Origin: Planctomycetota bacterium | GTDB lineage: Bacteria > Planctomycetota > UBA1135 > UBA2386 | Direction of reading: 5' to 3' | Length of the DNA: 64,000 bases | Assembly (NCBI GenBank): GCA_965223545.1 | Contig: OZ245006.1 | Span: 7,744,001-7,808,000 of the forward strand | Shown: in pieces, positions 20,596-31,489 of the stretch | Numbering within the stretch: position 1 is the first letter of the stretch | Layout of the letters: the number at the start of each line of letters is the position of its first letter | Notes under the pieces: model-generated | Database searches by the model: none | What the model was told of the DNA's origin: nothing | The model's input: the letters and a program-made list of their open reading frames with translations, nothing else | Program-made: the position numbers and the translations under genes

Positions 20596-21597
20596 ATGAA
20601 GATTGCAATCAACGGCTTCGGTCGAATCGGCCGGTTGGTGTTCCGCGTGCTGCAGCAGCGCGACGACTGCGAAGTCGTGGCGATCAACGACCTGGCGCCG
20701 AGCAGCGCGCTGACCCACCTGCTCAAGTACGACACGGTGCACGGTCGCTACGCCGGCACCGCCGAGGCCACCGAGGGCGGCATGCTGGTCGACGGCGTGG
20801 AGATCAAGACGCTGGCCGAGCGCGATCCCGCGAGTCTGCCGTGGGGTGCGATGGGCATCGATTTCGTCGTCGAGTCGACCGGCGTGTTCGCCAGCCAGGA
20901 CGCGTGCATGAAGCACGTGCAGGCCGGCGCCAAGAAGGTGCTGCTGACGGTGCCGCCGAAGGGCGACATCGACGCCATGGTGGTGCTCGGCGCGAACGAC
21001 GAGGACCTCAAGCCCGAGCACAAGGTGATCTCCAACGCCTCGTGCACCACCAACTGCCTGGCGCCCATGGCCAAGGTGCTGCACGACGCGTTCGGCATCG
21101 AGCGCGGCCTCATGGTGACGGTGCACGCCTACACCAACGACCAGCGCATCGCCGACCTGGTGCACTCCGACATGCGGCGCGCCCGCGCCGGCGCGCAGAA
21201 CATCATCCCGACGACGACGGGCGCCGCCCGCGCGGTCGGCAAGGTGATCCCGTCACTCAACGGCAAGCTCGACGGCTATGCCCTCCGCGTGCCGGTGCCG
21301 GACGGCTCGGTCGTCGACCTCACCGCGACCTTGACCAAGTCGGTGACCATCGCCGACGTCAACGCGGCGTTGAAGAGTGCTGCCGAGGGCAAGCTGAAGG
21401 GCATCCTCGCCTACACCGAGGACCCGATCGTGTCGTCCGACATCCTGGGCGATCCGCACAGCTCGGTCATCGACGGCCAGTCGACGATGGTCGGCGAGGG
21501 CGGCCGCATGGTGAAGGTGGTCAGCTGGTACGACAACGAGTGGGGCTACAGCAACCGCGTCGTCGACCTGATGCAGAAGGCCCACGCGCTGGGCTGA
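20596..21597 (+). CDS. gap: Glyceraldehyde-3-phosphate dehydrogenase type I
   Basis: 'INGFGRIGR', '[10 protein letters not shown]', 'WYDNEWGYS'. Confidence 0.98.
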   Translation: MKIAINGFGRIGRLVFRVLQQRDDCEVVAINDLAPSSALTHLLKYDTVHGRYAGTAEATEGGMLVDGVEIKTLAERDPASLPWGAMGIDFVVESTGVFASQDACMKHVQAGAKKVLLTVPPKGDIDAMVVLGANDEDLKPEHKVISNASCTTNCLAPMAKVLHDAFGIERGLMVTVHAYTNDQRIADLVHSDMRRARAGAQNIIPTTTGAARAVGKVIPSLNGKLDGYALRVPVPDGSVVDLTATLTKSVTIADVNAALKSAAEGKLKGILAYTEDPIVSSDILGDPHSSVIDGQSTMVGEGGRMVKVVSWYDNEWGYSNRVVDLMQKAHALG

Positions 21598-21654
21598 GAA
21601 CCCGCCCGCAACAGGCGACCTCGAGCACAGACCCCGAGCCAGCAGGAGCCGGCC

Positions 21655-22824
21655 GTGCAGCGACTTTCCGATCTCGACCTCGCGGCCAAGCGCGTGCTGG
21701 TGCGCGTCGACTTCAACGTTCCCCTCGACGACGACCTCCGGGTCACCTCGGACGCGCGGATCACCGCGGCGTTGCCCACCCTGCGCGCCATCCTCGAAGC
21801 CGGTGGCCGGCCGGTGCTGATGTCGCACCTCGGCCGCCCCAAGGGCGCGGTGGTGGAGCGCATGCGGATGGCGCCGGTGGCCGAGTGGCTGCGCGCCCTG
21901 CTCGGTTGCCCGGTCGAGACGGTTGCCGACTGCGTCGGCGCGGAGGTGGAAGCGGCGGCAGCGGCGCTGCCGGCGGGGGCTTGTCTGCTGCTGGAGAACC
22001 TGCGCTTCCATGCCGAGGAAGAGCGCGGCGACGCCGATTTCGCGGCGGCGCTGGCGCGGTTGGGCGACGTCTACGTCAACGACGCGTTCGGCACCGCGCA
22101 CCGCGCGCACGCCAGCGTCGCCGGCGTGCCGCGCCATCTGCCCAGCGCGCCGGGGCTGTTGCTCGAGCGCGAAATCCGCGCGTTCGACCGCGTGTTGCAG
22201 GCGCCGGAGCGCCCGCTGCTCGCGATCCTGGGCGGCGCCAAGGTCAGTGACAAGCTGCCGGTGCTGCTCAACCTGATCGACGTCGTCGATGGGCTGATCA
22301 TCGGCGGCGCGATGGCCTACACCTTCTTGGCCCAAGACGGCACGGCGATCGGCGCCTCGCGGTGCGAGCCGGATCTGTTCGAGCAGGCGGCGGCGATCCG
22401 CGCCCGCGCCGCGGCGCGCGGGGTGCGGCTGCTGCTGCCGAGTGACCACGTCTGCGCGGCGGAGTTCAAGGCAGATGCTGCGGCGAGCGTGCACGGGCCC
22501 GCGATCCCCGACGGCCTCATGGCACTCGACATCGGGCCGGCGACCGTAGCGGCCTTCACCGAAGAGATCGCCGCCGCCAAGACCATCGTGTGGAACGGGC
22601 CGATGGGCGTGTTCGAGATGCCGGCCTTCGCCGCGGGCACCGAGGCAGTGGCCCGGGCGGTCGCCGACAGCGCGGCGTTCTCGGTGGTCGGCGGCGGCGA
22701 TTCGGTCGCGGCGGTCGAGCAGGTCGGCGTGCAGGACCGCGTCGGCCACGTCTCCACCGGCGGTGGCGCGTCGCTCGAGCTGCTCGAGGGCAAGACCTTG
22801 CCCGGCATCGCGGCCTTGGACTGA
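21655..22824 (+). CDS. pgk: Phosphoglycerate kinase
   Basis: 'RVDFNVP', 'SHLGRP', 'LLENLRF', 'STGGGASLE'. Confidence 0.98.
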   Translation: MQRLSDLDLAAKRVLVRVDFNVPLDDDLRVTSDARITAALPTLRAILEAGGRPVLMSHLGRPKGAVVERMRMAPVAEWLRALLGCPVETVADCVGAEVEAAAAALPAGACLLLENLRFHAEEERGDADFAAALARLGDVYVNDAFGTAHRAHASVAGVPRHLPSAPGLLLEREIRAFDRVLQAPERPLLAILGGAKVSDKLPVLLNLIDVVDGLIIGGAMAYTFLAQDGTAIGASRCEPDLFEQAAAIRARAAARGVRLLLPSDHVCAAEFKADAAASVHGPAIPDGLMALDIGPATVAAFTEEIAAAKTIVWNGPMGVFEMPAFAAGTEAVARAVADSAAFSVVGGGDSVAAVEQVGVQDRVGHVSTGGGASLELLEGKTLPGIAALD

Positions 22825-22870
22825 CGCAACCCTTCGCTTCGCCGCCCATCGACCGACCCGCAGGAACAAA

Positions 22871-23539
22871 ATGCACCCGACGCGCATCTCCCCGTCGTTG
22901 CTCTCGTGTGACTTCGCCCGCATCGCCGACGAGGTGGCGCGCGTCGAGGCAGCCGGTGCCGATTGGCTGCACGTCGACGTCATGGACGCGCACTTCGTGC
23001 CCAACCTGACCATCGGCCCGCCGGTGGTAGCGGCGATCAAGAGCGTGGCGCAGCGGCCGCTCGACGTGCACCTGATGATCGACGACCCGTGGACCTACGC
23101 CGATGCGTTTCTCGATGCGGGTGCCGACGTGCTGACCTTCCACCTCGAAGTGGCCGACCGCGGCGATGCGCTGGCGCTGATCGAGAGGATCCGGGCGCGC
23201 GGTGCGCGGCCGGCGATGGCGCTCAACCCGGATGCCGACGTCGAGCGGTTGCGGCCCTACCTGCCGGAGCTCGACATGGTGCTGGTGATGAGCGTGTTCC
23301 CGGGATTCGGTGGGCAGAAATTCATTCCGGACGTGCTGGCCACGGTGCGGGCGCTGCCGGACCTCGGTTTCCGCGGTGAGATCGAGATGGACGGCGGGGT
23401 CGCGCCGGACACGGTGGCCGCCTGCGCGGCGGCGGGAACCAACGTCTTCGTCGCCGGCACCGCGGTGTTCGGAGCGCCCGATGCCAAGGTGGCGATCGAC
23501 ACTCTGCGCGGGACCGCGGACGCGCACCGGCCTCGGTAG
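22871..23539 (+). CDS. rpe: Ribulose-phosphate 3-epimerase
   Basis: 'HVDVMDAHFVPNLTIG', 'DVHLM', 'MSVFPGFGGQ', 'DGG'. Confidence 0.97.
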   Translation: MHPTRISPSLLSCDFARIADEVARVEAAGADWLHVDVMDAHFVPNLTIGPPVVAAIKSVAQRPLDVHLMIDDPWTYADAFLDAGADVLTFHLEVADRGDALALIERIRARGARPAMALNPDADVERLRPYLPELDMVLVMSVFPGFGGQKFIPDVLATVRALPDLGFRGEIEMDGGVAPDTVAACAAAGTNVFVAGTAVFGAPDAKVAIDTLRGTADAHRPR

Positions 23540-23630
23540 AACGCCGGATTCGAGACCAGGGGGGCTTTGCGCGGTCCCGAAAGGTATCCTTGGATCTCAC
23601 CTCTACCCTCTTTCAGACCTGGCGATTGCG

Positions 23631-24641
23631 ATGGCCTGGACCCGATTTGGCAAGAAGAAGGACATGCCCGGTGGGCTTTGGATCAAGTGCGAGCGGTGCG
23701 GCACCATGCTGTTCCGCAAGGACTTCGAGCAAAAGCGCCGGGTCTGCGCGTCCTGCGGACACCACTTCACCTTGCCGGCGCGCGAGCGGATCGCGCTGAC
23801 TGCCGACGAGGGCTCGTTCGTCGAGCTGGCGCAGGAGCTCACCGGCGGCGACCGGCTGGGCTTCGTCGACCGGGTGCCCTACGGCGAGAAGCTGGAGAGC
23901 ACGCGGCAGAAGACCGGCGAGAAGGAGGCCGTGATCATCGGCACCTGCACGATCCGCGGCCTGCCGGCGGTGCTGGGGGTGATGAACTTCTCCTTCCTCG
24001 GCGGCTCGATGGGTGCTGTCGTCGGCGAGAAAGTGGCCCTGGCGGCGGAGCACGCGCGCGAGCACGGCCTGCCGCTGATCCTGTTCTCCTGCTCCGGCGG
24101 GGCGCGGATGCACGAGGGCGCCATCTCGCTGATGCAGATGGCCAAGACCTGCGGCGCGCTGTCGCGGCTCAACGACGCCGGCGGCTTCTCGATCTCGGTG
24201 ATGACCCACCCCACGACGGGTGGCGTCACCGCCAGCTTCGCCTCGGTCTGCGACGTCCTGCTCGCCGAGCCCGGCGCGCTGATCGGCTTTGCCGGCCCGC
24301 GGGTGATCGCCACGACGATCAAGAAGGAGCTGCCCAAGGGCTTCCAGCGGGCCGAGTTCTTGCTCGAGAAGGGGCAGCTCGACCGGATCGTCACGCGCGA
24401 CAAGATGCGCGCCGAGCTGGCGCGGTTGATCGCCTACGCCACGAATGCCGACCCGGTCGCGGCCTACGCGGCCGAGGCCAGTGAGGGCAAGGGCGACGGC
24501 GCGGCCAACGGCAACGGCGCCGAGGCCGGCAGCGCCAACGGCAAATCGAATGGCAACGGCAAGGGCAAGGGCAATGGCCGCACCGCGGTGGCCGAGGCCA
24601 AGCCCAAGGGGCGGCGCGGCAAGAAGCGCGCCAAGTCCTGA
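23631..24641 (+). CDS. accD: Acetyl-CoA carboxylase carboxyltransferase beta subunit
   Basis: 'LWIKC..C' Zn finger, 'GGSMG', 'SGGARMHEG', 'PTTGGVTASF', 'GFAGPRVI'. Confidence 0.95.
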   Translation: MAWTRFGKKKDMPGGLWIKCERCGTMLFRKDFEQKRRVCASCGHHFTLPARERIALTADEGSFVELAQELTGGDRLGFVDRVPYGEKLESTRQKTGEKEAVIIGTCTIRGLPAVLGVMNFSFLGGSMGAVVGEKVALAAEHAREHGLPLILFSCSGGARMHEGAISLMQMAKTCGALSRLNDAGGFSISVMTHPTTGGVTASFASVCDVLLAEPGALIGFAGPRVIATTIKKELPKGFQRAEFLLEKGQLDRIVTRDKMRAELARLIAYATNADPVAAYAAEASEGKGDGAANGNGAEAGSANGKSNGNGKGKGNGRTAVAEAKPKGRRGKKRAKS

Positions 24642-24667
24642 GTCTGCTGCAGAAGCCGACCCGCCCG

Positions 24668-25708
24668 GTGCCGCGCACGCCGCGCGCCGGCGCGCTGCCC
24701 GGTCGCTACAAGAGCGACAGCGACGACTTCGTCGTCGAAGAGGTGCCGCTGTACGAGCCCTGCGGCGAGGGCTCGCATACCTACCTGTGGATCGAGAAGC
24801 GCGGCCGGTCGACGTTCGACGCGATCGCCGCGCTGGCGCGGGCGCTCGGCCGGCGTGACCGTGACTTCGGGGTTGCCGGGCTCAAGGATGCGCGCGCGGT
24901 GACGCGGCAGTGGGTGTCGATCGAGGACGTGCCCCCTGCCAGCGTCGAGGGCCTGCAGCTCGATGGCGTCGTGGTGCTCGCCGCGCGGGCCCACACCAAC
25001 AAGCTCAAGCTGGGCCATCTGCGCGGCAACCGGTTTCGCATCACGGTTGTTGGCGCGGGCGCCGAACACGTTGGCGAGGCCGAGCAACGGCTCTCGCAGC
25101 TGGCGGACGCCGGCGTGCCGAACTACTTCGGTGTGCAGCGGTTCGGCAAGCGCGGCGCCAACCTCGACAAGGGGCTGCGCATCCTGCGCGGCAATCCACG
25201 CAAAGCGGCGCGCACCATGCCGCGCCGGCTGCTCGGCCTGGTGGTCTCCGCCGTGCAGAGCGAAGTCTTCAACCGCGTCCTCACCGCTCGCATCGCCACC
25301 TGCGATCAGCTGCTCGAGGGCGACGTCGCCTGGCTGCACCGCAACGGCGCGTGCTTTGTGGTGGAGGACGCCGCCGCCGAGGCGCCGCGCGCCGCCGCCT
25401 TCGAAGTGTCGCCGAGTGGACCCCTGCCGGGGCCGGACCTCCTCGCCGCGACCGGCGAAGCCGGCCGCATCGAGGCCGAGGCGATGGCGGCGCTCGACCT
25501 GTCGGCGCACGCATTCGCCCGGGTGCCGGGCAAGCGCCACGCCGGCGCGCGCCGGCCGCTGCGCGTGCCGCTGATCGAGCCGAGGGTGCGCAGCACGGAC
25601 CGCGGGCTGGAGCTGGCATTCGAGCTGCCGCGCGGCAGCTATGCCACGGCAGTGCTCGACGAGCTGCTGGTTGACGCGCCGTGGTTCGGCGACGACGCGG
25701 GGCGCTGA
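24668..25708 (+). CDS. truD: tRNA pseudouridine(13) synthase
   Basis: 'DFVVEE', 'AGLKDARAVTRQ', 'GNRFRI', 'NYFGVQRFG', 'LPRGSYAT'. Confidence 0.95.
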   Translation: MPRTPRAGALPGRYKSDSDDFVVEEVPLYEPCGEGSHTYLWIEKRGRSTFDAIAALARALGRRDRDFGVAGLKDARAVTRQWVSIEDVPPASVEGLQLDGVVVLAARAHTNKLKLGHLRGNRFRITVVGAGAEHVGEAEQRLSQLADAGVPNYFGVQRFGKRGANLDKGLRILRGNPRKAARTMPRRLLGLVVSAVQSEVFNRVLTARIATCDQLLEGDVAWLHRNGACFVVEDAAAEAPRAAAFEVSPSGPLPGPDLLAATGEAGRIEAEAMAALDLSAHAFARVPGKRHAGARRPLRVPLIEPRVRSTDRGLELAFELPRGSYATAVLDELLVDAPWFGDDAGR

Positions 25709-25737
25709 GCGCCGCGGCACGCGCTACCGTGGGCGTG

Positions 25738-26433
25738 ATGGCTTCCACCTCGTTCAGTGGGTTCCCGCGCGGCACGCGCAAGTTCTTGGGCCAGCTTGCC
25801 GCCAACAACGACCGCACGTGGTTCGCGGCCAACAAGCCGCGGCATGAGGAGGATGTGGTGGCGCCGGCGCTGGCGTTCATCGAGGCGATGCGGGCGCCCC
25901 TGGAGAGAATCTCGCCGCACTTCACCGCGGTGCCTTCGCGCACTGGTGGTTCGTTGATGCGGATCTACCGGGATACGCGCTTTGGCGCGGACAAGACTCC
26001 GTACAAGACCAACATCGGCATCCAGTTCCGCCACGAGGCTGGCAAGGACGTGCACGCCCCCGGTTTCTATGTCCACATCGAGGCGAAGAGCGCGTTCTTG
26101 GGCGCTGGGCTGTGGCACCCAGAGCGCGACGCGTTGGCCGCGATCCGCACCGCGATCGCCACCGACCCGCCGGCGTGGAAGAAGGCGCGCGGCGGCGCCG
26201 CGTTTCGCCGCGACTACGAGCTAGCCGGCGAGTCGTTACAGCGTCCGCCGCGCGGCTTCGACCGCGACTCCCCGGTGATCGAGGATCTCAAGCGCAAGGA
26301 CTTCATTGGCGTCGTCGAGCTGCGGCCCACGGCGGTCGAGGCTCGCGACTTCGCCGCCGGCGTGGCGCGGCGGTTCTCCGCGGCGAAGGGTTTCATGCGC
26401 TTCCTGTGCGAGGCGGTCGGCGTGGACTTCTGA
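25738..26433 (+). CDS. DUF2461 family protein
   Basis: 'NNDRTWF', 'RIYRDTRF..DKTPYK', 'PGFYVH', 'LKRKDF'. Confidence 0.9.
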   Translation: MASTSFSGFPRGTRKFLGQLAANNDRTWFAANKPRHEEDVVAPALAFIEAMRAPLERISPHFTAVPSRTGGSLMRIYRDTRFGADKTPYKTNIGIQFRHEAGKDVHAPGFYVHIEAKSAFLGAGLWHPERDALAAIRTAIATDPPAWKKARGGAAFRRDYELAGESLQRPPRGFDRDSPVIEDLKRKDFIGVVELRPTAVEARDFAAGVARRFSAAKGFMRFLCEAVGVDF

Positions 26434-26449
26434 GACTCCTGCTCAACCT

Positions 26450-28693
26450 TCACCCCGCCGGCGTCGTCTCGATGACGGTGGGCGTTGCGGCATCGAGCAC
26501 GATCCGCACCCGCGGACCGAGCGCGAGGCACGCGGCCAGATCCGGATGGGCGCGCAACAGCGCGAAGTAGTCGTCCGAGAACGCTTCGATGCGGCGCACG
26601 TGGCGGCGCATTTGGTCGCCGTAGGCGCGGTCGATCCATACCTCGCCGACCTGGTAGAACGTCCGGCCGCCCGCGCGGCGTGTCTGCGGCGCCGCCGGCG
26701 GGGGAGTGGTGGGGCGGGCGCGCTGTCCACCCGTGCCACCCGTGAAGAACTGATCGGCGCCGACGACCAAGGCGCGGCTGTCAGCGACCGCTTCTGCGCC
26801 GGTCTGTTGTTGACCAAGCCGCTCGAAGCGACGCTTGGAGGCCGCGGCCGCCGCGCCAGGGGGCGGCGCGGGTGAGCTCGGTCCTCCCGAGGCTGGACCG
26901 CTCGGCCTTGGCGTGGCGGCGGTGCCGGACCGCGGAAGCGCTGCGGTACGGGGACCGGGGCTCGCGCCCAGCCGCACGCTCTCCTCGATCACCAGATGCG
27001 AGGTGAATGGCGTGACCAGGCCGAACTCGACCCCGAGCCGTTCCACCTCCTCGGTCAGCTCCGGCGCGTGGCCGTTGATCCGGATCGACTCGAGGAGCAC
27101 CGCGACCCGACGCTCCGCCCACAGAGCGGGCAGAAACTCGTGGTCGCGGCACTCCTCGGCGAACGTCCCCTCGTAGACGAACTCCTTCTGACAACCGGCC
27201 ACCGCGCCGCGCAGTCGCACCGCGTGGTGGCCGTATTCCGTATAGCGCCCGACGACGCCGACCCGGCTGCCGCGGAACAGATCCGCAAGCGTTTGCGGCA
27301 TCACGCCGTACACGCGTGCACCGCCCAGGTCGAGCGTGGGCCGTGCCAGCACCGGATGGCTCAGCTTGGTGAGCAGACCGGTGGTGACGATCCCGATGTC
27401 CTCGCCGGGCCGGATGTAGCTCCGCGCGCCCTGTGTCGAGGCCGCCAAGTGGTCGAGCAGGTGTGTGTTGACGTCGTCGCCGACGCCCAGCGCGAAGATC
27501 CGCTGGCCTGCATCGTTGATGCTGCCCGCGCTCGCCACCAGGGTGCGGGCATCGGTCGTGCCGACCGTCGGCTGCCCGTCGGTCAAGAGCACGGTCATCG
27601 GCACGCGCTGGTCGTCGCTGGCGGCGCGCAGCGCGCAGTGCAGCGCGTCCTCGATGTTGGTGCCGCCTCGCGCGGTGATGGTCGCGGTCAGCTGCAGCGC
27701 CTGCGCGACGTGCTCGGCCGACGCGGGCACCGGTTCGGAGAAGAACGGCCGGGCCTCCGTCGAGAACGGCACGACGTTGAAGTGGTCCTCGGGGTGCAGC
27801 GAGCGCAGGAAGAACCGCACCGCGGCGCGTGCCTGCGCAATCTTGTCGCCCTTCATCGAGCCGGACGTGTCGAGCACCAGCTGGATCGACTTGGCCAGCC
27901 GTTGGCCGTCGGGCAGCTCGACCTTGGGCGACAGCAGCGCCAAGAAGTAGCCGGGCTCGCCGGGACGCCGGTGGGTGAGCAGGTGGACGCCGAAGTCGGC
28001 ATCGCCGGTGCCCCAGTACACCGCGCCGTCGCCACCGGTGGTGCGCGGCGCATCGTACTCGGCGCTGATTCGTAGGGAGTGGTCGTCGCGGCGCGCGATC
28101 TCGACGCCTGCCAACGGCGAGAACACGTTGACGATGGGATCGGTGCTGTGCACCGACAGGTCGAAGGTGGTGGCGTCCGGGCGCGTGCCGTCGACCGAGG
28201 GTGCGGACAGCGGCAGCCGGTAGGCCAGCAGGCCGCCGTCCTGCGGCAGCACGTGCCGGAAGCGGACCTCGAGCGTGACCTGGCCGCGCGCCGGGACCGG
28301 AAACACCCGCGCCCGCACGCAGCCCTGGCCGTCGTACTCGAGCAGGGCGGGGTCGCGGCGCTGGCGCACGATGCGCTCGTAGATGCCGCGTGCGCGACCG
28401 GCGTCGAGCACCTCGCCCGTCGTCTCGACCCCGTCGACGGTGAGCCGCAGCTGGTCGGCGGCCGCGCCCGGTGGCAGCGGGAGCACCCAGCGCGCCTCGC
28501 GTGGTCGCGACGTGTGGTTGCGGATCACTTGGCGCCATCGCGTGGTGGCGACGCCATCGCGCACTTCGGCCGTGACGCGCAGCGGTCCCGCGGCGCCGGC
28601 CGACGCGAGGGGGCGGGGCGACTGCGTCGCCGGTGGGCGTTGCTGCGGAGCGAGCGAGAGCATCAGGCAGAGCAGTGGCGTCGCGGCGGGCAT
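26450..28693 (-). CDS. VIT + von Willebrand factor A domain protein
   Basis: VIT 'AR.IYE.IVRQRRDPALLEY'; MIDAS 'DTSGSM', 'GGTNI', 'LTDGQPT'. Confidence 0.9.
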   Translation of the reverse strand: MPAATPLLCLMLSLAPQQRPPATQSPRPLASAGAAGPLRVTAEVRDGVATTRWRQVIRNHTSRPREARWVLPLPPGAAADQLRLTVDGVETTGEVLDAGRARGIYERIVRQRRDPALLEYDGQGCVRARVFPVPARGQVTLEVRFRHVLPQDGGLLAYRLPLSAPSVDGTRPDATTFDLSVHSTDPIVNVFSPLAGVEIARRDDHSLRISAEYDAPRTTGGDGAVYWGTGDADFGVHLLTHRRPGEPGYFLALLSPKVELPDGQRLAKSIQLVLDTSGSMKGDKIAQARAAVRFFLRSLHPEDHFNVVPFSTEARPFFSEPVPASAEHVAQALQLTATITARGGTNIEDALHCALRAASDDQRVPMTVLLTDGQPTVGTTDARTLVASAGSINDAGQRIFALGVGDDVNTHLLDHLAASTQGARSYIRPGEDIGIVTTGLLTKLSHPVLARPTLDLGGARVYGVMPQTLADLFRGSRVGVVGRYTEYGHHAVRLRGAVAGCQKEFVYEGTFAEECRDHEFLPALWAERRVAVLLESIRINGHAPELTEEVERLGVEFGLVTPFTSHLVIEESVRLGASPGPRTAALPRSGTAATPRPSGPASGGPSSPAPPPGAAAAASKRRFERLGQQQTGAEAVADSRALVVGADQFFTGGTGGQRARPTTPPPAAPQTRRAGGRTFYQVGEVWIDRAYGDQMRRHVRRIEAFSDDYFALLRAHPDLAACLALGPRVRIVLDAATPTVIETTPAG

Positions 28694-28836
28694 CGGCGTT
28701 TCCTGGCAGGGACAACGAACACCGCCGCACGGGGCAAGAAGCGGGCCGGCCGCGTCAACCGCGACCGACCCGCTTCTACTAGCTCCGGAGTTGCGCCCGC
28801 GTAACGACTGCGTGCCGGCGGTGCACGAGCGCGCCC

Positions 28837-31185
28837 CTACCGGACCTCGATCACCTCGTCGCCGACGACGAGGACCAGTCTCGACGACAGCGCGAGGGCA
28901 GCCGCCAGGTCGGGGTGTTTGCGTAGCAACGCAAAGTAGTCATCGGAGAACGCCTCGACCGTGCGCAGCCGCGCGCGATCGGCCTCGCGGAACGCGCCGT
29001 CCACCCAGACGCCACCGGCCAGATAGAAAGTGCGCTCACCGACCCGGCGCCGCAGCAGCTCGCCAGCCAGGCCGCCCTGCTCGCCGAACATCGGTGCCGG
29101 CGTCTGCGCTTCGCCCTTTGCCAAGAGCGACAAGCCGACGCTGTTGTTGACCGCGTCGGCCCCGACCTGGTCGAGCGCCAGCCGGCCGAGCCGCTCCTCG
29201 GTCTTCTCGGCCTCCGCGCTGGCCTGGCCGAGTGCCGCGCCGAGGTAGACCTCGGTGGGTTGCCCGTCCGGCGCGGGAGAGGTCGGGGGCAGGGCGCCAG
29301 CGCGAATGAAGTCGCGGGTCAAACGGGGCAGCGCATCCGCATCGCCGAACGACCAGCGGTTGCCCTGGATGTGGATGCCCCGCGCGCGCGCGACGCGCAT
29401 GCCTTCCTCGACGATCAGGTGCGAAGTGAACGGGGTGACGATGCCGAACTCCTTGCCCAAGCGGCGGACCTCTTCGACCAGCTCCGCCTGCTGACCGTTG
29501 GTGCGGATCGCTTCCAGCAGCATCGCGATCTTGCGCTCGGCCCACAGCGCCGGCACGAAGTCGTGACGGGTGTCGTCCCCGGTGAACTCGCCCTCGAAGA
29601 CTAACTCGACCGCGCGGCCGTCGAGGGTGCCCTTGAGCCGGATCGCCTTCTGTCCCGTGCCGCGGTAGCGGCCGAGCAGCAACAGGCGGCTGCCCTTGAA
29701 CAGGTCGAGAGTCGTGCGCGGGAACACATCGAACCCCTCGATGCCGTCGCACACGATCTCGACGCCGGTCATCACCGGGTGGCTGAGCTTGGTGAACAGC
29801 GCGCCGGTCTTGACCTCGATGTCCTCGCCGTCGCGCACGTAGTCGCGGTCGCCGCGGCTGTCGGCGGCGATGCCGTCGAGCAGGGCCGTGTTGACATCGT
29901 TGCCGACGCCGAACACGAACACGCGGCCGGCGTCGCGGTTGGCCTTGCGCACCGCCGCGCGCAGCGCGTCGGCGTCGGTGGTGCCGACCGTCGGCAGACC
30001 GTCGGTCAAGAACACGGTGATCGGCACGTAGTCGACGTTCTCTGCGGCGGCGTCGGTCGCCTCCTGTGCGACCGCGTGCAGCAGGGCGTCTTCGATGTTG
30101 GTGCCGCCGCGCGCATCGATGCCGTCGACCATGCCGAGCGCGCGCTCGACCTCTTCGGCGCTCGCGCGCGTGGGCTTGGCGAAGAACGGCCGCGCCGCGG
30201 TCGAGAACGGCACCACGTTGAACAGGTCTCGCTCGTGCAGCGAGCGCAGGAAGAAGCGCAGGGCGCCGCGCGCCTGCGCGATCTTGGTGCCCTTCATCGA
30301 GCCCGACGTGTCGATGACGAAGGTGATCTTCTTCGCCGTGTTCTCGGGCACCGGCCACTCCTGCTTGGGCGCCAGCAGCATCAGGAAGGTGCCGGCCTCG
30401 CCCTCGCGGCAGTGCGTCATCAGGTTGAGACCGAACTCGCCGTCGGCGATGCCGTAGTGCAGCTGCAGGTCGCGCGCCGGCAGCTGCCCCTTGGCCTCGT
30501 AGGTGACGCGGGCGCGGTGGTCCCCGTTCCGGCTGATGTCGACACCACCGAGCGGCGTGTAGACGTTGAGCAGCGGCTCGGTCGAGTGGATCGAGACGTC
30601 GAGGGTGATCTGCTCGGGCGGGGCGCCGTTGAGGCCAGCCGCGCGCAGCGGAAACGTGTACGAGTGCAGCCCGGCGGTCACCGGCAGCACTTGGCGGTAG
30701 CGCACGGACACGGTGACGTTGCCCTGAGCGGGAATCGGGAACACCCGCGCGCGCAGGCAGCCGCCGCCGAAGTACTCGAGCAGCCCCGGATCGCGCTGCC
30801 GGCGGACGATGTCCTCGTAGATCTGGCGTGCCCGCGCGGCGTCGAGCACCTCGCCTTCCATCTTCACGCCGCCGGCGATCATCTCGAAGCCGTCGGCCAG
30901 TGCTCCGGGCGGCAGCGGCAGGATCCAGGTGCCCTCGCCGATGGTGCGGCCGCTGTTGTGCAGGACCTGCTCGATGTGGGTCGTGGCGATGTGGTTCTCG
31001 ATCGAAGTGCGCACTGCCAGCGACGTCGCCCGGATCGCCGGCGTCCCCGGCCGCACCGAGATCGGCAGCGGGCGGGGCTCCTGGCTCGGTGGAGTGTGGG
31101 TTGGCGGCGCGGGCTCCGGGCCGACGTAGAGGCCCTGGGCCACCGCGGGGCTCAGGCCGAGAAGGGTGAACGGTGATCGCAGCAT
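28837..31185 (-). CDS. VIT + von Willebrand factor A domain protein (paralogue)
   Basis: Same VIT and MIDAS motifs ('DTSGSM', 'LTDGLPT'). Confidence 0.9.
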   Translation of the reverse strand: MLRSPFTLLGLSPAVAQGLYVGPEPAPPTHTPPSQEPRPLPISVRPGTPAIRATSLAVRTSIENHIATTHIEQVLHNSGRTIGEGTWILPLPPGALADGFEMIAGGVKMEGEVLDAARARQIYEDIVRRQRDPGLLEYFGGGCLRARVFPIPAQGNVTVSVRYRQVLPVTAGLHSYTFPLRAAGLNGAPPEQITLDVSIHSTEPLLNVYTPLGGVDISRNGDHRARVTYEAKGQLPARDLQLHYGIADGEFGLNLMTHCREGEAGTFLMLLAPKQEWPVPENTAKKITFVIDTSGSMKGTKIAQARGALRFFLRSLHERDLFNVVPFSTAARPFFAKPTRASAEEVERALGMVDGIDARGGTNIEDALLHAVAQEATDAAAENVDYVPITVFLTDGLPTVGTTDADALRAAVRKANRDAGRVFVFGVGNDVNTALLDGIAADSRGDRDYVRDGEDIEVKTGALFTKLSHPVMTGVEIVCDGIEGFDVFPRTTLDLFKGSRLLLLGRYRGTGQKAIRLKGTLDGRAVELVFEGEFTGDDTRHDFVPALWAERKIAMLLEAIRTNGQQAELVEEVRRLGKEFGIVTPFTSHLIVEEGMRVARARGIHIQGNRWSFGDADALPRLTRDFIRAGALPPTSPAPDGQPTEVYLGAALGQASAEAEKTEERLGRLALDQVGADAVNNSVGLSLLAKGEAQTPAPMFGEQGGLAGELLRRRVGERTFYLAGGVWVDGAFREADRARLRTVEAFSDDYFALLRKHPDLAAALALSSRLVLVVGDEVIEVR

Positions 31186-31410
31186 TCCCGAGTGGTCTCA
31201 CGGTGGTCTCCGGGTTTCGATGGAAAGCGTCCCCGGCCGCGCCCCGCGCTCCTCCGGGAGAGCTAGCCAGAACGCCAGGGGCCCGCGCGGAGTTCCTGTG
31301 GGCAGCGGCGGGCCCGAGATTTCTACCCACGGCGTTCCAGGCCGACTTGAACCGGCGCCGATGAGAGCTACTGTTCTGCGCTTCGCATGGGCGCTTGGCG
31401 CCCGGCGTGA

Positions 31411-31486
31411 TCCCCGATAGCTCAGTTGGTAGAGCAACTGACTGTTAATCAGTGGGTCGCAAGTTCGAGTCTTGCTCGGGGAGCCA
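31411..31486 (+). tRNA. tRNA-Asn (GTT)
   Basis: TCCCCGA/TCGGGGA acceptor stem, D-arm GCTCAGTTGGTAGAGC, anticodon loop CTGTTAA, TTCGAG T-loop, encoded CCA. Confidence 0.97.
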
Positions 31487-31489
31487 ACT

